This document shows, in pieces, positions 33,189 through 42,246 of a DNA stretch of 58,624 bases. This DNA is from Longimicrobiales bacterium. GTDB taxonomy: Bacteria; Gemmatimonadota; Gemmatimonadetes; Longimicrobiales; RSA9. Within the stretch, counting starts at the first letter, position 1. Each line of letters starts with the position of its first letter. The position numbers were made by a program, and so were the translations under genes. Under the pieces are notes generated by a model. It was not told where the DNA came from and ran no database searches. It saw nothing but the letters and a program-made list of their open reading frames with translations. The DNA lies in contig DATCLG010000217.1 of the NCBI GenBank assembly GCA_036564015.1, positions 1-58,624 of the forward strand, given 5' to 3'.

Positions 33189-35723
33189 ATGAGTTCCAGC
33201 GCACCCAAGACCTCCGGTCGCACAGCACGGCGTACCACCAGACGGGCCCGCAGAGAGCGACTGCCCGTCATGCCGATCCGCACCACCATCGTCTTCCCGA
33301 CGGGCGTCATCGGGATGCAGATCGGCATGCCCGTCACCCTCGACATGCTCGCCGCCAACCCCGCCGAGAGCCTGGTCGTCGCGCTCGTCGTCGCGCCCGG
33401 CGGGCCCGACGCCCCGATCGATCCCAACTCCCTCAAGAAGATCGGCGTCGCGGCCCGCGTCTCCGACCGGCTCAACCTCCCCGGCGGCACCGTCCAGGCG
33501 ACCGTCCAGGGCCTCCACCGCATTCGCCTGGTCGAGGTCGAGCGCGTCGACGGCTACTTCGTCGCCGAGGTCGAGCCGGTCCAGGAAACGCCCGCCCCCG
33601 AGGACGTCGCGCAGACCCTGATCGCACGCATCCTGACCGCCCTCGAGGCGCTGGCCGGCCAGGTCGAGCGCATCTCCGCCGAAACCCCCGCCATCCTGCG
33701 CATGAACGTGACCGACCCGGGCCGCTTCGCCGACCTGGTCGCCACCCTCGCCAACTTCAGCGTGGCGAGCAAGGACGCCGTGCTCCAGCAGTTGGACATC
33801 GGCCAGCGCCTGGCTTACGTGCTCGAAGAGCTCGAGGCGCAGCTCCGTCGCGTGCGGGAGGTGCAGGAGGCCCACGGCGCCGCCGAGGAAAAACAGGCCC
33901 GCGCCCCCACCTCCGCCGCCGATCGCGCCGCCGAGCTCCGGCAGAAGATCAAGGTGCTCCAGGCCGAGCTGGGCGAGGTCGACCCCGTCGAACGCGAAGC
34001 GATCGAGCTGCTCCGCAGGCTCGAAGCCGCCAACCTGCCGCCCCGCGTGGCCGCCCAGGCCCGCTCCGAGATCGAACGCCTCCGCACCGTCGGCCCCACC
34101 TCCGCCGAGGCAGCCGACATCCGCAGCTACCTCGACTGGGTCCTCCGCCTGCCCTGGAACCAGCGGGCCTCCAGCGGACCGAAAGCCATCGACCTGGCCG
34201 CCGTCCAGAAGGAGCTCGACGCCGCGATCCTCAAGCTCGAGGAGACCAAGGATCGCCTCCTCGATTACCTCGCCGTCGCCAAGCTCCGCGGCGACCTCCG
34301 CGGCCCGATCCCCTGCATCGTGGGGCCGCCCGACTCCGGCAAGACCTCCCTCGTCGAAGCGCTCGCCCGCGGCCTCCGCCGACCCCTCGTCCGCCTCGAC
34401 CTCGGAGGCCGCGGCGAGGCCCAGCTCGTCGGCACCCGCCGAACCCGCGCCGGCGCCGCGCCCGGAAAGATCATCGCCGCGCTCCGTGACGCAGGAGTCA
34501 AGGATCCCGTCTTTCTCCTCGAAGAGATCGACGAGATCGGGCTCGGCAAGGTCGAAGGCGACCCCATCGAGGCGCTCGAGGAAACCCTCCGTTGGGAGGG
34601 ACGCCAGGCCTTCATCGACCGCTACCTCGATCTCCCCTTCGACCTCTCAGAGGTGCTGTTCATCGCCACGGCGCTCGACTTCTACCGCGTGCCGCGCGAG
34701 CTGCGCGAGCTCCTGGTCGAGATCCGCATCGCCGGCTACACCCCCGAGGAAAAGGTGGAGATCGCGCTCGAACGCCTGCTCCCGCGCCTCATCCGCGAGC
34801 ACGGCCTCGAGGAGGACGACGTCGCCTTCGACGCCGACTCCCTCTTCTACATCGCTCGGGGATACGCCCGCGACGCGGGCCTCGGCCTCTTCGCCCGCGC
34901 GCTCTCCACGCTCCTGCGCACGCGGGCACGCGCCAAGGCCCAGAAGGACGAAGGGACCTGGAGGTTCACCCCCGAGAAGATCGAGGAGATCCTCGGGCTC
35001 CCCCGCTACATCGAAACACCGGCGGAGAGCGCGCCCGAGGTCGGCGTCGTGACCGGGCTCGCGTGGACCGCGGCCGGAGGTGAGCTCATGTTCATCGAAG
35101 CCCTCAAGATGCCGGGCACCGGCCGCCTCATCATCACGGGGATGCTGGGCGACGTCATGCGCGAATCGGTTAACGCCGCGTACTCCTACGTCCGCAGCCG
35201 GGCGGAGACCCTCGACATCCCGGACGAGGTCTTCCGCGACTCGGACGTACACGTCCACTTCCCCGTCGGCGCGATCCCCAAGGATGGACCTTCCGCCGGG
35301 ATCGCCGTGACACTCGCGATCGCCTCGGCCCTCTCCAACCGCCCCGTACGCCACGACATCGCCATGACGGGCGAAGTCACGCTCCGGGGGAAGGTGCTGG
35401 AAGTCGGGGGCGTGAAGGAGAAGGTCCTGGCGGCCTACCGGGCCGGGATCCGCGAGGTCATCCTCCCCCGGGGCAACGAACGCGACCTCCGCGACGTGCC
35501 GGAGGACGTGCGCGAAAAGATCACTTTTCACTACGTCGAACGTCTGGACGACGTGATCCGGCTCGCGCTCCTCGAGCGCCCCGTACGGCCGGCCGCCGTC
35601 GGGAAGACGAAGGCGAAAACAAAAGCGAAGGCGAAAACGGATAGAAGAAGGAAGGCGAAGGAGACCACAGCCTCGACCGGGGCGAGGCCGCGGGCCCGGG
35701 GCAGGCGACCAGCACAGGACTAG
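33189..35723 (+). CDS. lon: ATP-dependent Lon-type protease (LonA architecture, divergent ATPase motifs, Lys-rich C-terminal tail)
   Basis: Trimmed to the ATG at 33189. LAN domain [13 protein letters not shown]. Walker [10 protein letters not shown]. Walker B-like VFLLEEIDE. Protease site [14 protein letters not shown] with [19 protein letters not shown]. The tail is [21 protein letters not shown]. Confidence 0.9.
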   Translation: MSSSAPKTSGRTARRTTRRARRERLPVMPIRTTIVFPTGVIGMQIGMPVTLDMLAANPAESLVVALVVAPGGPDAPIDPNSLKKIGVAARVSDRLNLPGGTVQATVQGLHRIRLVEVERVDGYFVAEVEPVQETPAPEDVAQTLIARILTALEALAGQVERISAETPAILRMNVTDPGRFADLVATLANFSVASKDAVLQQLDIGQRLAYVLEELEAQLRRVREVQEAHGAAEEKQARAPTSAADRAAELRQKIKVLQAELGEVDPVEREAIELLRRLEAANLPPRVAAQARSEIERLRTVGPTSAEAADIRSYLDWVLRLPWNQRASSGPKAIDLAAVQKELDAAILKLEETKDRLLDYLAVAKLRGDLRGPIPCIVGPPDSGKTSLVEALARGLRRPLVRLDLGGRGEAQLVGTRRTRAGAAPGKIIAALRDAGVKDPVFLLEEIDEIGLGKVEGDPIEALEETLRWEGRQAFIDRYLDLPFDLSEVLFIATALDFYRVPRELRELLVEIRIAGYTPEEKVEIALERLLPRLIREHGLEEDDVAFDADSLFYIARGYARDAGLGLFARALSTLLRTRARAKAQKDEGTWRFTPEKIEEILGLPRYIETPAESAPEVGVVTGLAWTAAGGELMFIEALKMPGTGRLIITGMLGDVMRESVNAAYSYVRSRAETLDIPDEVFRDSDVHVHFPVGAIPKDGPSAGIAVTLAIASALSNRPVRHDIAMTGEVTLRGKVLEVGGVKEKVLAAYRAGIREVILPRGNERDLRDVPEDVREKITFHYVERLDDVIRLALLERPVRPAAVGKTKAKTKAKAKTDRRRKAKETTASTGARPRARGRRPAQD

Positions 35724-35741
35724 GGGCGCGTCCGCCGCCCC
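35723..35741 (+). terminator. short GC hairpin overlapping the lon stop codon
   Basis: GGGGCG-cgtccgc-CGCCCC. No U-tract. Confidence 0.35.
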
Positions 35742-35893
35742 TCGCCTGACGAGAGGTCTTGCCGCAGAGGCGTCCGATCCGCGAAAATGATTGGCGCTAC
35801 ATCCCGATGCCTCGCCTCTCCCCGGTTCGGGGATCCCCCTGGGGCCCCCGGTCTTGACTGTGGTTCCCTCCAGCCTTCGACCGGGTTGGACGA

Positions 35894-36847
35894 ATGTTAC
35901 GATTGCTGCTTGTGCTCCTGGTGGGCTGCCTCCTCCCCGCGTGCGATCGCCTGAAGTCGTACGTGGAACGCTACTCTGCTACGACGCTCGAAGACGGCGA
36001 GCCCGTTTCGAGCCCCGGCCATTACGAGAGGCGCTTCCTCTTCCTGGACGGACAGGAGAACCCCAACGCCGCCGTCTTCGACTTCACCGCCACGGTGGAT
36101 TCCGCAGGCCGCATCCGTCGCACGGCCCGCGTGTGGCTCAGCCGCGCCGGACAGTGGGAGCCGCTGGTCGACACCATCTGGGAAGCCCCGCCGATGCGCG
36201 AGCCCTGGCGCCTCGTGCCCTACGGCCCGCTCCGCCTGATCGTGGGCCTGGCCGACACGCTCGAGGCCCTGGTCTACCGCGATGCGAGGCGGGAGCTCCG
36301 GCTCGTGCCCGGCGAGCAGCTCGCCCAGTGGCAGGGGACGGCCGGCACCGAGATCGGGCTCCACCGTGCAGAGCTGCACATCGAGAAAAACCGGATCTCT
36401 GGGATCCTCTTCGATCTCCAGTTCGGGAGCGACGGGCTCCCCGCCCCACACACCATCCCCACCCACGGCGCGGCGGATTCCCTCGCCCCGTCCGCCGGCC
36501 CCTATGAGGCCCTGGCCTTCCTGAGCGACGGCAAGGAGATCGACGTGATGCTGGTATCCGACACCTCCGGGCTCCTCGCCTGGGTGCGCCAGGGCAAGAC
36601 GGCAGAGAAGTGGGACGGCGCCGGCCTCGAACCGCTGGGCCAGCCCAGGGGCGAGTCCAGCACCTCCTGGCGTCTCACATCCCCCCAGGGCGCCCTCCGC
36701 GGCGAGCTCCGCGCCTCGGGCCAGCCGCAACCCCTCCCCTGGCCCCGCTTCACCGAGACCAAGGCCCCCAATTATTATCCCGTCCGCGGCTGGATCACCG
36801 TTCGCGGGAAGCGAACCTCGGTCTCGGGTCTCGTACGCCAGAGTTGA
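35894..36847 (+). CDS. hypothetical lipoprotein
   Basis: MLRLLLVLLVGCLLPAC (lipobox). 317 aa with no family recognised. The stop lies 3 nt before the next gene. Confidence 0.7.
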   Translation: MLRLLLVLLVGCLLPACDRLKSYVERYSATTLEDGEPVSSPGHYERRFLFLDGQENPNAAVFDFTATVDSAGRIRRTARVWLSRAGQWEPLVDTIWEAPPMREPWRLVPYGPLRLIVGLADTLEALVYRDARRELRLVPGEQLAQWQGTAGTEIGLHRAELHIEKNRISGILFDLQFGSDGLPAPHTIPTHGAADSLAPSAGPYEALAFLSDGKEIDVMLVSDTSGLLAWVRQGKTAEKWDGAGLEPLGQPRGESSTSWRLTSPQGALRGELRASGQPQPLPWPRFTETKAPNYYPVRGWITVRGKRTSVSGLVRQS

Positions 36848-36849
36848 TC

Positions 36850-38412
36850 ATGCTTCAGGAATTGACACAGGCCGCGTTGGCCATCCTCTTCGCTTCGCTC
36901 GCCGGGGGGGTGACCAACGCGGTCGCCGTGTGGATGCTCTTCCACCCCTACGAGCCGCCACGCCTCTTCGGCCGCCAGCTCCGCTTCCTCCAGGGCGCCA
37001 TACCGAAGAACAAGGCGCGGCTCGCCGCCGCCATCGGCCGGACCGTCGGCACTCGCCTCCTCACCCCCGAGGACCTCGCGAGAACCGTCTCCGAGCCCGT
37101 TTTCCGCGACGCCTTCGACGAACGACTCCGCAGGTTCCTCGCCGCCGCCCTCGAGCGCGAGCGCGGCCCCCTGGCCGAAACGCTCCCGCCCGCCCTCGCG
37201 CGCGAGCTCCGCGCCCTCCTCGCCGACGCCGCCAGCGCCAGCCTCGCACGCCTCGAGGCCTACCTGGAGACGGAGGAGTTCCGCGCAGCCGTCAGACGCT
37301 GGACCGAACGCCTGGCGCGTGAGCTCCAGGACCAGCCCCTCCGCGAGCACCTCACGGCCGAGCGAGAGGCCGCGCTCACCCGCGCCGCCGAACGCTGGAT
37401 CACCGAAGCCACCGAAAGCAAAGCCTTCGAGCAGGCGGTTCACGACTACCTGGATCGCGCCGCCGCCCGCATCCTCCTGCCCGACCGCACCTTCCAGGAC
37501 CTCCTCCCCACAGGCCTCGTCGCCGCCGTCGAACGCGCCATCGCCAGCTACCTCCCCCTCGCCATCGAGCGGCTCGGGACCCTCCTCGAAGACCCCGCCG
37601 CCCGCTCCGCCATCGAGCGCGTCCTCCACGAGATCCTCCAGCGCTTCATGCAGGACCTCAAGTTCCACCAGCGCCTCGTGGCCGCGCTCCTCATCACCCC
37701 GGAAACGATCGATCGCGTCCTCCGGACCATCGAGGCCGACGGCGCCACCAGCATCGCTCAGCTCCTCCACGACCCCGCCGTCCGCGATGCAATGTGGCGC
37801 CACGTCAACGCCGCCATCGTCGACTTCCTCCGCCGCCCCGTCGTCTCCGTGCTCGGACGACCCGGCGAGCCGAGCTTCGATGCGGCCAGGGCCACCATCG
37901 CCGGCTGGATCCTCTCCCTCGCCCGCGCGCCCCAGACACGCGCCTTCCTCGTCGACAAGCTCAACACCGCCCTCGCGGCCGAGCACCGCACCTGGGCAGA
38001 CCTCTTCCGCGTCCTCCCTCCCGACCGCCTGGCCGACGCCATCGTCGCCGCCGCCCGCAGCCAGCAGGCCCGCGCCATCTACCGCGACGCGCTCAACCGG
38101 ATCGCCACCCTCGCCCTCGAGCGCCCGCTCGGCCGCCCCGCCGACTACCTCCCCGCCGACACCGCCACCCGGCTCGAACACGCGCTCGCCGGCCCCCTCT
38201 GGGGCTGGATCCAGGAACAGGTCCCCGCGCTCGCCCAGCGCGTCGACGTCTCCCGCCGCGTCGAAGAGAAGATTCTCGAATTCCCCATGGAAAGGGTCGA
38301 GGAGCTGATCCGCGGCGTCAGCGAACGCGAGCTCCGCCTCATCATCCGCCTCGGCTACGTCCTCGGCGCGCTTATCGGCGTCATCTCCGCCACGCTCAAC
38401 CTCCTCGTCTGA
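36850..38412 (+). CDS. DUF445 / UPF0754 family membrane protein
   Basis: Trimmed to the ATG at 36850. N-terminal segment FASLAGGVTNAVAVWMLFHPYEP, a long helical middle, and C-terminal segment ELRLIIRLGYVLGALIGVISATL. Confidence 0.8.
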   Translation: MLQELTQAALAILFASLAGGVTNAVAVWMLFHPYEPPRLFGRQLRFLQGAIPKNKARLAAAIGRTVGTRLLTPEDLARTVSEPVFRDAFDERLRRFLAAALERERGPLAETLPPALARELRALLADAASASLARLEAYLETEEFRAAVRRWTERLARELQDQPLREHLTAEREAALTRAAERWITEATESKAFEQAVHDYLDRAAARILLPDRTFQDLLPTGLVAAVERAIASYLPLAIERLGTLLEDPAARSAIERVLHEILQRFMQDLKFHQRLVAALLITPETIDRVLRTIEADGATSIAQLLHDPAVRDAMWRHVNAAIVDFLRRPVVSVLGRPGEPSFDAARATIAGWILSLARAPQTRAFLVDKLNTALAAEHRTWADLFRVLPPDRLADAIVAAARSQQARAIYRDALNRIATLALERPLGRPADYLPADTATRLEHALAGPLWGWIQEQVPALAQRVDVSRRVEEKILEFPMERVEELIRGVSERELRLIIRLGYVLGALIGVISATLNLLV

Positions 38413-38684
38413 AACGGGGCCGCGCCACGCACGGACGTCGGCTTCCCGGATCCGCCGACCCCGCCTCCCCCGCAGCTCCCGAGACGAAACCCGGCCCGTG
38501 TCGACTCCTCTCCCCCCCGCCTCGTCGCGCTTCCGCACCGATTGCAACCACCGCCACCCACCGCCTCGTCCCACCCCGCCGGAACACCCCTCGATCAAGG
38601 CGCCTCGGAAGAAATGACCCGCTCACGTCGCCGATGCACGGCCGGCTCGTCCCGATCTGCTATCGGTCATAGCACGATGGGTCA

Positions 38685-38781
38685 GAAATGAAAATCGGTG
38701 CCAGGTCCGCACGGGCGAGCCTGGCAACTCGTTGAGGGACCGTATTTTGAAAAGTGGAAAGTGGTGCCTGGTCCGCTACGG
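38685..38781. repeat. two imperfect ~30 bp direct repeats, 66 bp apart, in a 400 bp convergent spacer
   Basis: Copy 1, 38685-38714: GAAATGAAAATCGGTGCCAGGTCCGCACGG. Copy 2, 38749-38781: GAAAAGTGGAAAGTGGTGCCTGGTCCGCTACGG. The core GGTGCC(A/T)GGTCCGC is conserved 13/14. Copy 1 also forms the hairpin TGCCAGG...CCTGGCA (38699-38726). Confidence 0.6.
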
Positions 38782-38814
38782 ACTACCCTTCCTCCCCATC
38801 CACCGCCCTCGCCC

Positions 38815-39444
38815 TTACGCGAGCTCGAACACGCAGCGCGGCCGCTCGCCCCGGTCGCAGCACTCACGCACCGGAACCCCGACCAGCTCGCTCACCAGCG
38901 CCTCCGCCAGCGCACACACCTCGGGATGCTCCGCCACCACCGCCGAGAACGGACAGGCGTACCCGCGGATCCGTACCCCGCCCCCCTCCGTCGCCTCCAC
39001 CGCCGCATCCCCCCCGAACTCCCCCAGGACCGCCACCGCCGCCTCGAACCGCGCCCGCAGGTCCTCCCCGGCAGGCGCCCCGCGCCCCGCTCCCGCACGC
39101 CGCCCCACCTCTCGCAGCGCCTCCTCCACCGCCTCCCTCCCCAGCCGCTCCGTCAGCACCTCCAGCAACCCGCCCAGCACCAGGCCGTACGCCTTCGGAA
39201 ACAGCTGGTCCGCCTCCGGCGACAGGCGGTAGACGTAGGCCGGTTTTCCCACCCCACGACGCACCCCCCGCTGCTCCACCAGGCCGTCCCGCTCCAGCGC
39301 GGCCAGGTGCGCCCGTACCGCGTTGTCCGTCAGCCCCAGCGCCTCCGCGAGCTCGTTCACCGTACGCTCCGAGCGCCGCAGCAGCAGGAGGATCTGCCCC
39401 CGCGTCGTCGCCAGGAAACGCTCGCTCCAGCCTCGTCCCGACAT
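38815..39444 (-). CDS. ArsR/winged-HTH family transcriptional regulator with C-terminal Cys-containing domain
   Basis: Trimmed to the ATG at 39444 (GGAGG Shine-Dalgarno). RGQILLLLRRSERTVNELAEALGLTDNAVRAHLAALERDGLV. The C-terminus carries YACPF...EVC...ECC...RC. Confidence 0.85.
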   Translation of the reverse strand: MSGRGWSERFLATTRGQILLLLRRSERTVNELAEALGLTDNAVRAHLAALERDGLVEQRGVRRGVGKPAYVYRLSPEADQLFPKAYGLVLGGLLEVLTERLGREAVEEALREVGRRAGAGRGAPAGEDLRARFEAAVAVLGEFGGDAAVEATEGGGVRIRGYACPFSAVVAEHPEVCALAEALVSELVGVPVRECCDRGERPRCVFELA

Positions 39445-39677
39445 GGATCCCTCCTTGGCCCCGGTCCGGCGCACCCCGCCTGCGTGCCCTCCTACCCCTG
39501 CGCGCCCTCGCAGGCGCGGGCCTCCGGGGCCGCGCCTGGCCACTGCGCCGACCGGGGCAGTGTGTCACCACCGCCCGGCCGCGCGGCGCCTCTCGGCCTC
39601 AGCCCCGGCCAGCCGCCCCGCCGCCGACGCCGCGCCCGTTCACCCGGTCCCTGTATGATAACGCATCTCCCGCGCTG

Positions 39678-39690
39678 TGTCCACTTTACT
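39678..39690 (+). promoter_or_regulatory. conserved 13-mer TGTCCACTTTACT (copy B), in the ArsR/DUF4142 divergent spacer
   Basis: Identical to 30363-30375. A TTGACA hexamer follows at 39701-39706. The motif is 125 nt upstream of the DUF4142 start. Confidence 0.35.
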
Positions 39691-39814
39691 AATGAATCGC
39701 TTGACAAAGTATCCTTATTGCGGCATCCTGCTAACCGCCCGGCCGGACGCCGACCGACGAAGCCGCGTCCCGGCCAGCGCGCAGTCTCCACGGATTCTTC
39801 CAAAGGAGGGAGCC

Positions 39815-40363
39815 ATGCTACGCCCATCCATCCGCAGCACCGTCCCCCTCGCCGCTCTCGTGCTCTGCCCCCTCGGCGCCGCCTCGGCTCAGTCGGCCGC
39901 CTCTCCCCAGCTCACCGACGCCAACATCGCCGCGATCGTCGTCGCCGCCAACACGATCGACATCGAGTACGCCAGGATCGCCCAGCAGAAGACGAGGAAT
40001 CCGGAGGTCCGGAAGTTCGCCGACACGATGGCTCGCGACCACGCCGCGGTGAATGAGCAGGCGACCGAGCTGGCGACCAGGCTCAGGCTCACGCCGGTCG
40101 AGAACGAGCTGAGCCGGAAGCTGGCCGCGGATGCCGAGAAAACCCGGGCCGAGCTCCGCGCGAAGTCAGGCGCCGAGTTCGACCGCGCCTACATCGCCAA
40201 CGAAGTCGCGTACCACCAGGCGGTCCTGGACGCGATCGACCAGGCGCTGATCCCCAGCGCGCGCAACGCCGAGCTCAAGGCCCTGCTCCAGGCCGTCCGC
40301 CCGGCCGTAGCCGGCCACCTCCAGCACGCCAAGCAGCTCCAGGCGGCGCTGGAGCGCCGTTGA
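39815..40363 (+). CDS. DUF4142 family exported protein (ferritin-like four-helix repeats)
   Basis: Trimmed to the ATG at 39815 (AAAGGAGGG Shine-Dalgarno). Signal peptide MLRPSIRSTVPLAALVLCPLGAASAQ. DANIAAIVVAANTIDIEYARIAQQK...FADTMARDHAAVNEQ...AYIANEVAYHQAVL. Confidence 0.85.
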   Translation: MLRPSIRSTVPLAALVLCPLGAASAQSAASPQLTDANIAAIVVAANTIDIEYARIAQQKTRNPEVRKFADTMARDHAAVNEQATELATRLRLTPVENELSRKLAADAEKTRAELRAKSGAEFDRAYIANEVAYHQAVLDAIDQALIPSARNAELKALLQAVRPAVAGHLQHAKQLQAALERR

Positions 40364-40377
40364 CGCCGATCGTGGCC

Positions 40378-40410
40378 GCAGGGTGCGCGCCTGGCCGGTG
40401 CGCGCCCTGC
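40378..40410 (+). terminator. 14 bp hairpin (two G-U pairs) 15 nt after the DUF4142 stop
   Basis: GCAGGGTGCGCGCC-tggcc-GGTGCGCGCCCTGC. Confidence 0.5.
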
Positions 40411-40775
40411 CAGCCCGGTCGCCGCAGCATGGCCGCGGCGACCGGGCGAGGTCCGCGGGGGAACGCGGAGGATCAGACCACCCGCACTGCAGGGCCGGCG
40501 ACGGAGCCGGCGCCGCTCCTCGCCCGGCCCGGGTTCGGTCGAGCCGCGGTGGCGCGCAGGAACGCGCACACAGCCCCCTGCCATGGACGCTGGAGAAAGC
40601 TGGGGAAAGATTCCGGGAGGTTGGGCGAGCTCTCGTAGGGTTGCTGACGCGGGGCGGGCGGCGGCGTCGGCCGGGAGCGGTCGGCCGGCCAGCCTGGCGA
40701 TGTCGGGGCCGGGCCCGGAGATCCCCGTGTCTGGATCGACGCCCGCGGGAAAGCGCTCGTGATGCGGGGCGCTGC

Positions 40776-41642
40776 CTACTCCAGGCTCGGGTGCAACGGG
40801 TCCACGTACCCTTCGAGGAGACGCGGCGTGGGCGGGAGCGTCCTGACCACCTCCAGGACGTGGTTGTGCAGCCGTCCATTCGAGGCGAGGATGCCGTGGA
40901 GGTACGGAGCAGGACGATTGTACTCCGGTGCCCGGCCCGTCAGGTCGGTCGCCCGGCCCCCCGCCTCCTCCACCAGGAGCGCGCCCGCACACACGTCCCA
41001 CTCACCCTTCGGGCCCCGGCTCAGGAACACGTCGCCCTCTCCCGCCGCCACCTTCGCCAGCTTGTAGGCCGTGCTCCCGGTCGGCGAGATGCGCCAGCCG
41101 CCGTGGAACGGGTCGAACTCGCCCGCCCGGAGCTCGCTCCGGGACGCCAGCAGGATCGCCTGATCGGCCGTCGAGCGGTCGGTCACGCGCAACCGCCTCC
41201 GCCCCCCACCCCCGTCCAGCGTCCCCGCGTACGCGCCTTCGCCCCGCACCGCCCAGTACAGCTCCGCCGTCGCCGGGTTGTACACCACGCCCACCACCGC
41301 TTTACCCCGCTCGACCAGCCCGACCGAGATGGCGAACTCCGGCCGCCCCGCAATGAACGACCGCGTGCCGTCGATCGGGTCCACGATCCACACCCGCTCC
41401 CGCTCCAGCCGGTCGGGGCCGTCCGCCGTCTCCTCCGAGAGCCAGCCGTAGCCCGGCCGCGCCGAGCCCAGCAACTCCCGCAGGATCCGGTCGGCCTCCA
41501 GGTCGGCCGCCGTCAACGGCTGGCCCGGCGCCTTCTCCACCACCTCCTGGTCACCGCCGAAGCGCCTCATCACCGCCGCACCCGCGTCGCGCACGGCGCC
41601 CAATACCAGCTCCAGCTCCTCTCCCCACGCGTCCCCACTCAT
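40776..41642 (-). CDS. inositol monophosphatase / CysQ-type 3'(2'),5'-bisphosphate nucleotidase family
   Basis: Start at the ATG at 41642 (GGAGG 6 nt upstream). Motifs WLSEE, WIVDPIDGTRSF and WDVCAGALLVEEAGG. Confidence 0.88.
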   Translation of the reverse strand: MSGDAWGEELELVLGAVRDAGAAVMRRFGGDQEVVEKAPGQPLTAADLEADRILRELLGSARPGYGWLSEETADGPDRLERERVWIVDPIDGTRSFIAGRPEFAISVGLVERGKAVVGVVYNPATAELYWAVRGEGAYAGTLDGGGGRRRLRVTDRSTADQAILLASRSELRAGEFDPFHGGWRISPTGSTAYKLAKVAAGEGDVFLSRGPKGEWDVCAGALLVEEAGGRATDLTGRAPEYNRPAPYLHGILASNGRLHNHVLEVVRTLPPTPRLLEGYVDPLHPSLE

Positions 41643-41670
41643 GCGTGAGCCTCCCATAGTTCCGCAGTCG

Positions 41671-41709
41671 AAACAAAAAAAGCGAAGCGCCTGCCCCAGG
41701 GTCCGGCGC
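41671..41709 (-). terminator. intrinsic terminator (GC stem followed by TTTTTTTGTTT) after the macro-domain gene
   Basis: The minus strand reads GCGCC...GGCGC-TTCGC-TTTTTTTGTTT. This is the longest T-run in the window, 31 nt downstream of the stop at 41740. Confidence 0.6.
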
Positions 41710-41739
41710 CCCGCCTGCCACCCGCGCGCAGCCCCGCCC

Positions 41740-42246
41740 TCAGCTCGACTCGAACCGACGCACCACCCGCTCGAACACCTCCCGCTCGTACTCGTTCTCG
41801 ACCACCACCTCGACCCGCGACGGGTACCGCGAGGTGCGCAGGTGCTCCGCCAGGATCGGAATCATCACCTCCGCCGCTTCCTCCGCATCCAGGTTGCCGG
41901 CTCCGGTTCCGAGCGGCGGCATCGCCACGCTCTCGACCGCCCACTCGTCCAGCCGCCTCAGCCCGTTCACCAGACCCCGCCGCACCACCGCCGCCGTCAC
42001 CGGCTCCTCCCGCGACCGGGTCACGACGTGCACGATGTACTCCACGCCCAGCGCACCCCCGCCCGTGATCACCGCCGAACCCACGGGCAGCTCGCCCATC
42101 CGACGGCACTGCCCCTCCACCTCCCGCCCTACCGCCTGCTCGAAGCGCCGCATCGCCGGCGTCACCGCCGACCAGTCCGCGGCGACCGGCCGAAGCACCG
42201 CCATCGCCTTCGTCGCCGCAAGGTCCCCGACCCGCACTTCGATCAC
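41740..42246 (-). CDS. macro-domain-like protein (divergent; N-terminal catalytic loop not conserved)
   Basis: GSAVITGGGALGVEYIVHVV and SVAMPPLGTGAGNL match the macro-domain phosphate-binding loops. The usual NAAN...GGG motif region reads VAADWSAVTPAMRR instead. ATGA overlap with the upstream TPR gene. Confidence 0.7.
   Translation of the reverse strand: MIEVRVGDLAATKAMAVLRPVAADWSAVTPAMRRFEQAVGREVEGQCRRMGELPVGSAVITGGGALGVEYIVHVVTRSREEPVTAAVVRRGLVNGLRRLDEWAVESVAMPPLGTGAGNLDAEEAAEVMIPILAEHLRTSRYPSRVEVVVENEYEREVFERVVRRFESS

Noticed and set aside
38697-38730. Resemblance of CCAGGTCCGCACGGGCGAGCCTGG to the SRP (4.5S) RNA domain IV motif CAGGUCCGGAAGGAAGCAGCC.
   Set aside because: The GGAA tetraloop and the AGCAGC asymmetric-loop residues are not present. 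There is no flanking long helix of the 4.5S type.
38698-38776. Sigma-54 (-24/-12) promoters on the minus strand of the tandem repeats (TGGCAC-CGATT-TTCAT and AGGCAC-CACTT-TCCAC).
   Set aside because: The essential -12 GC dinucleotide is absent in both copies. No minus-strand gene lies downstream; they would fire into the 3' end of the DUF445 gene.
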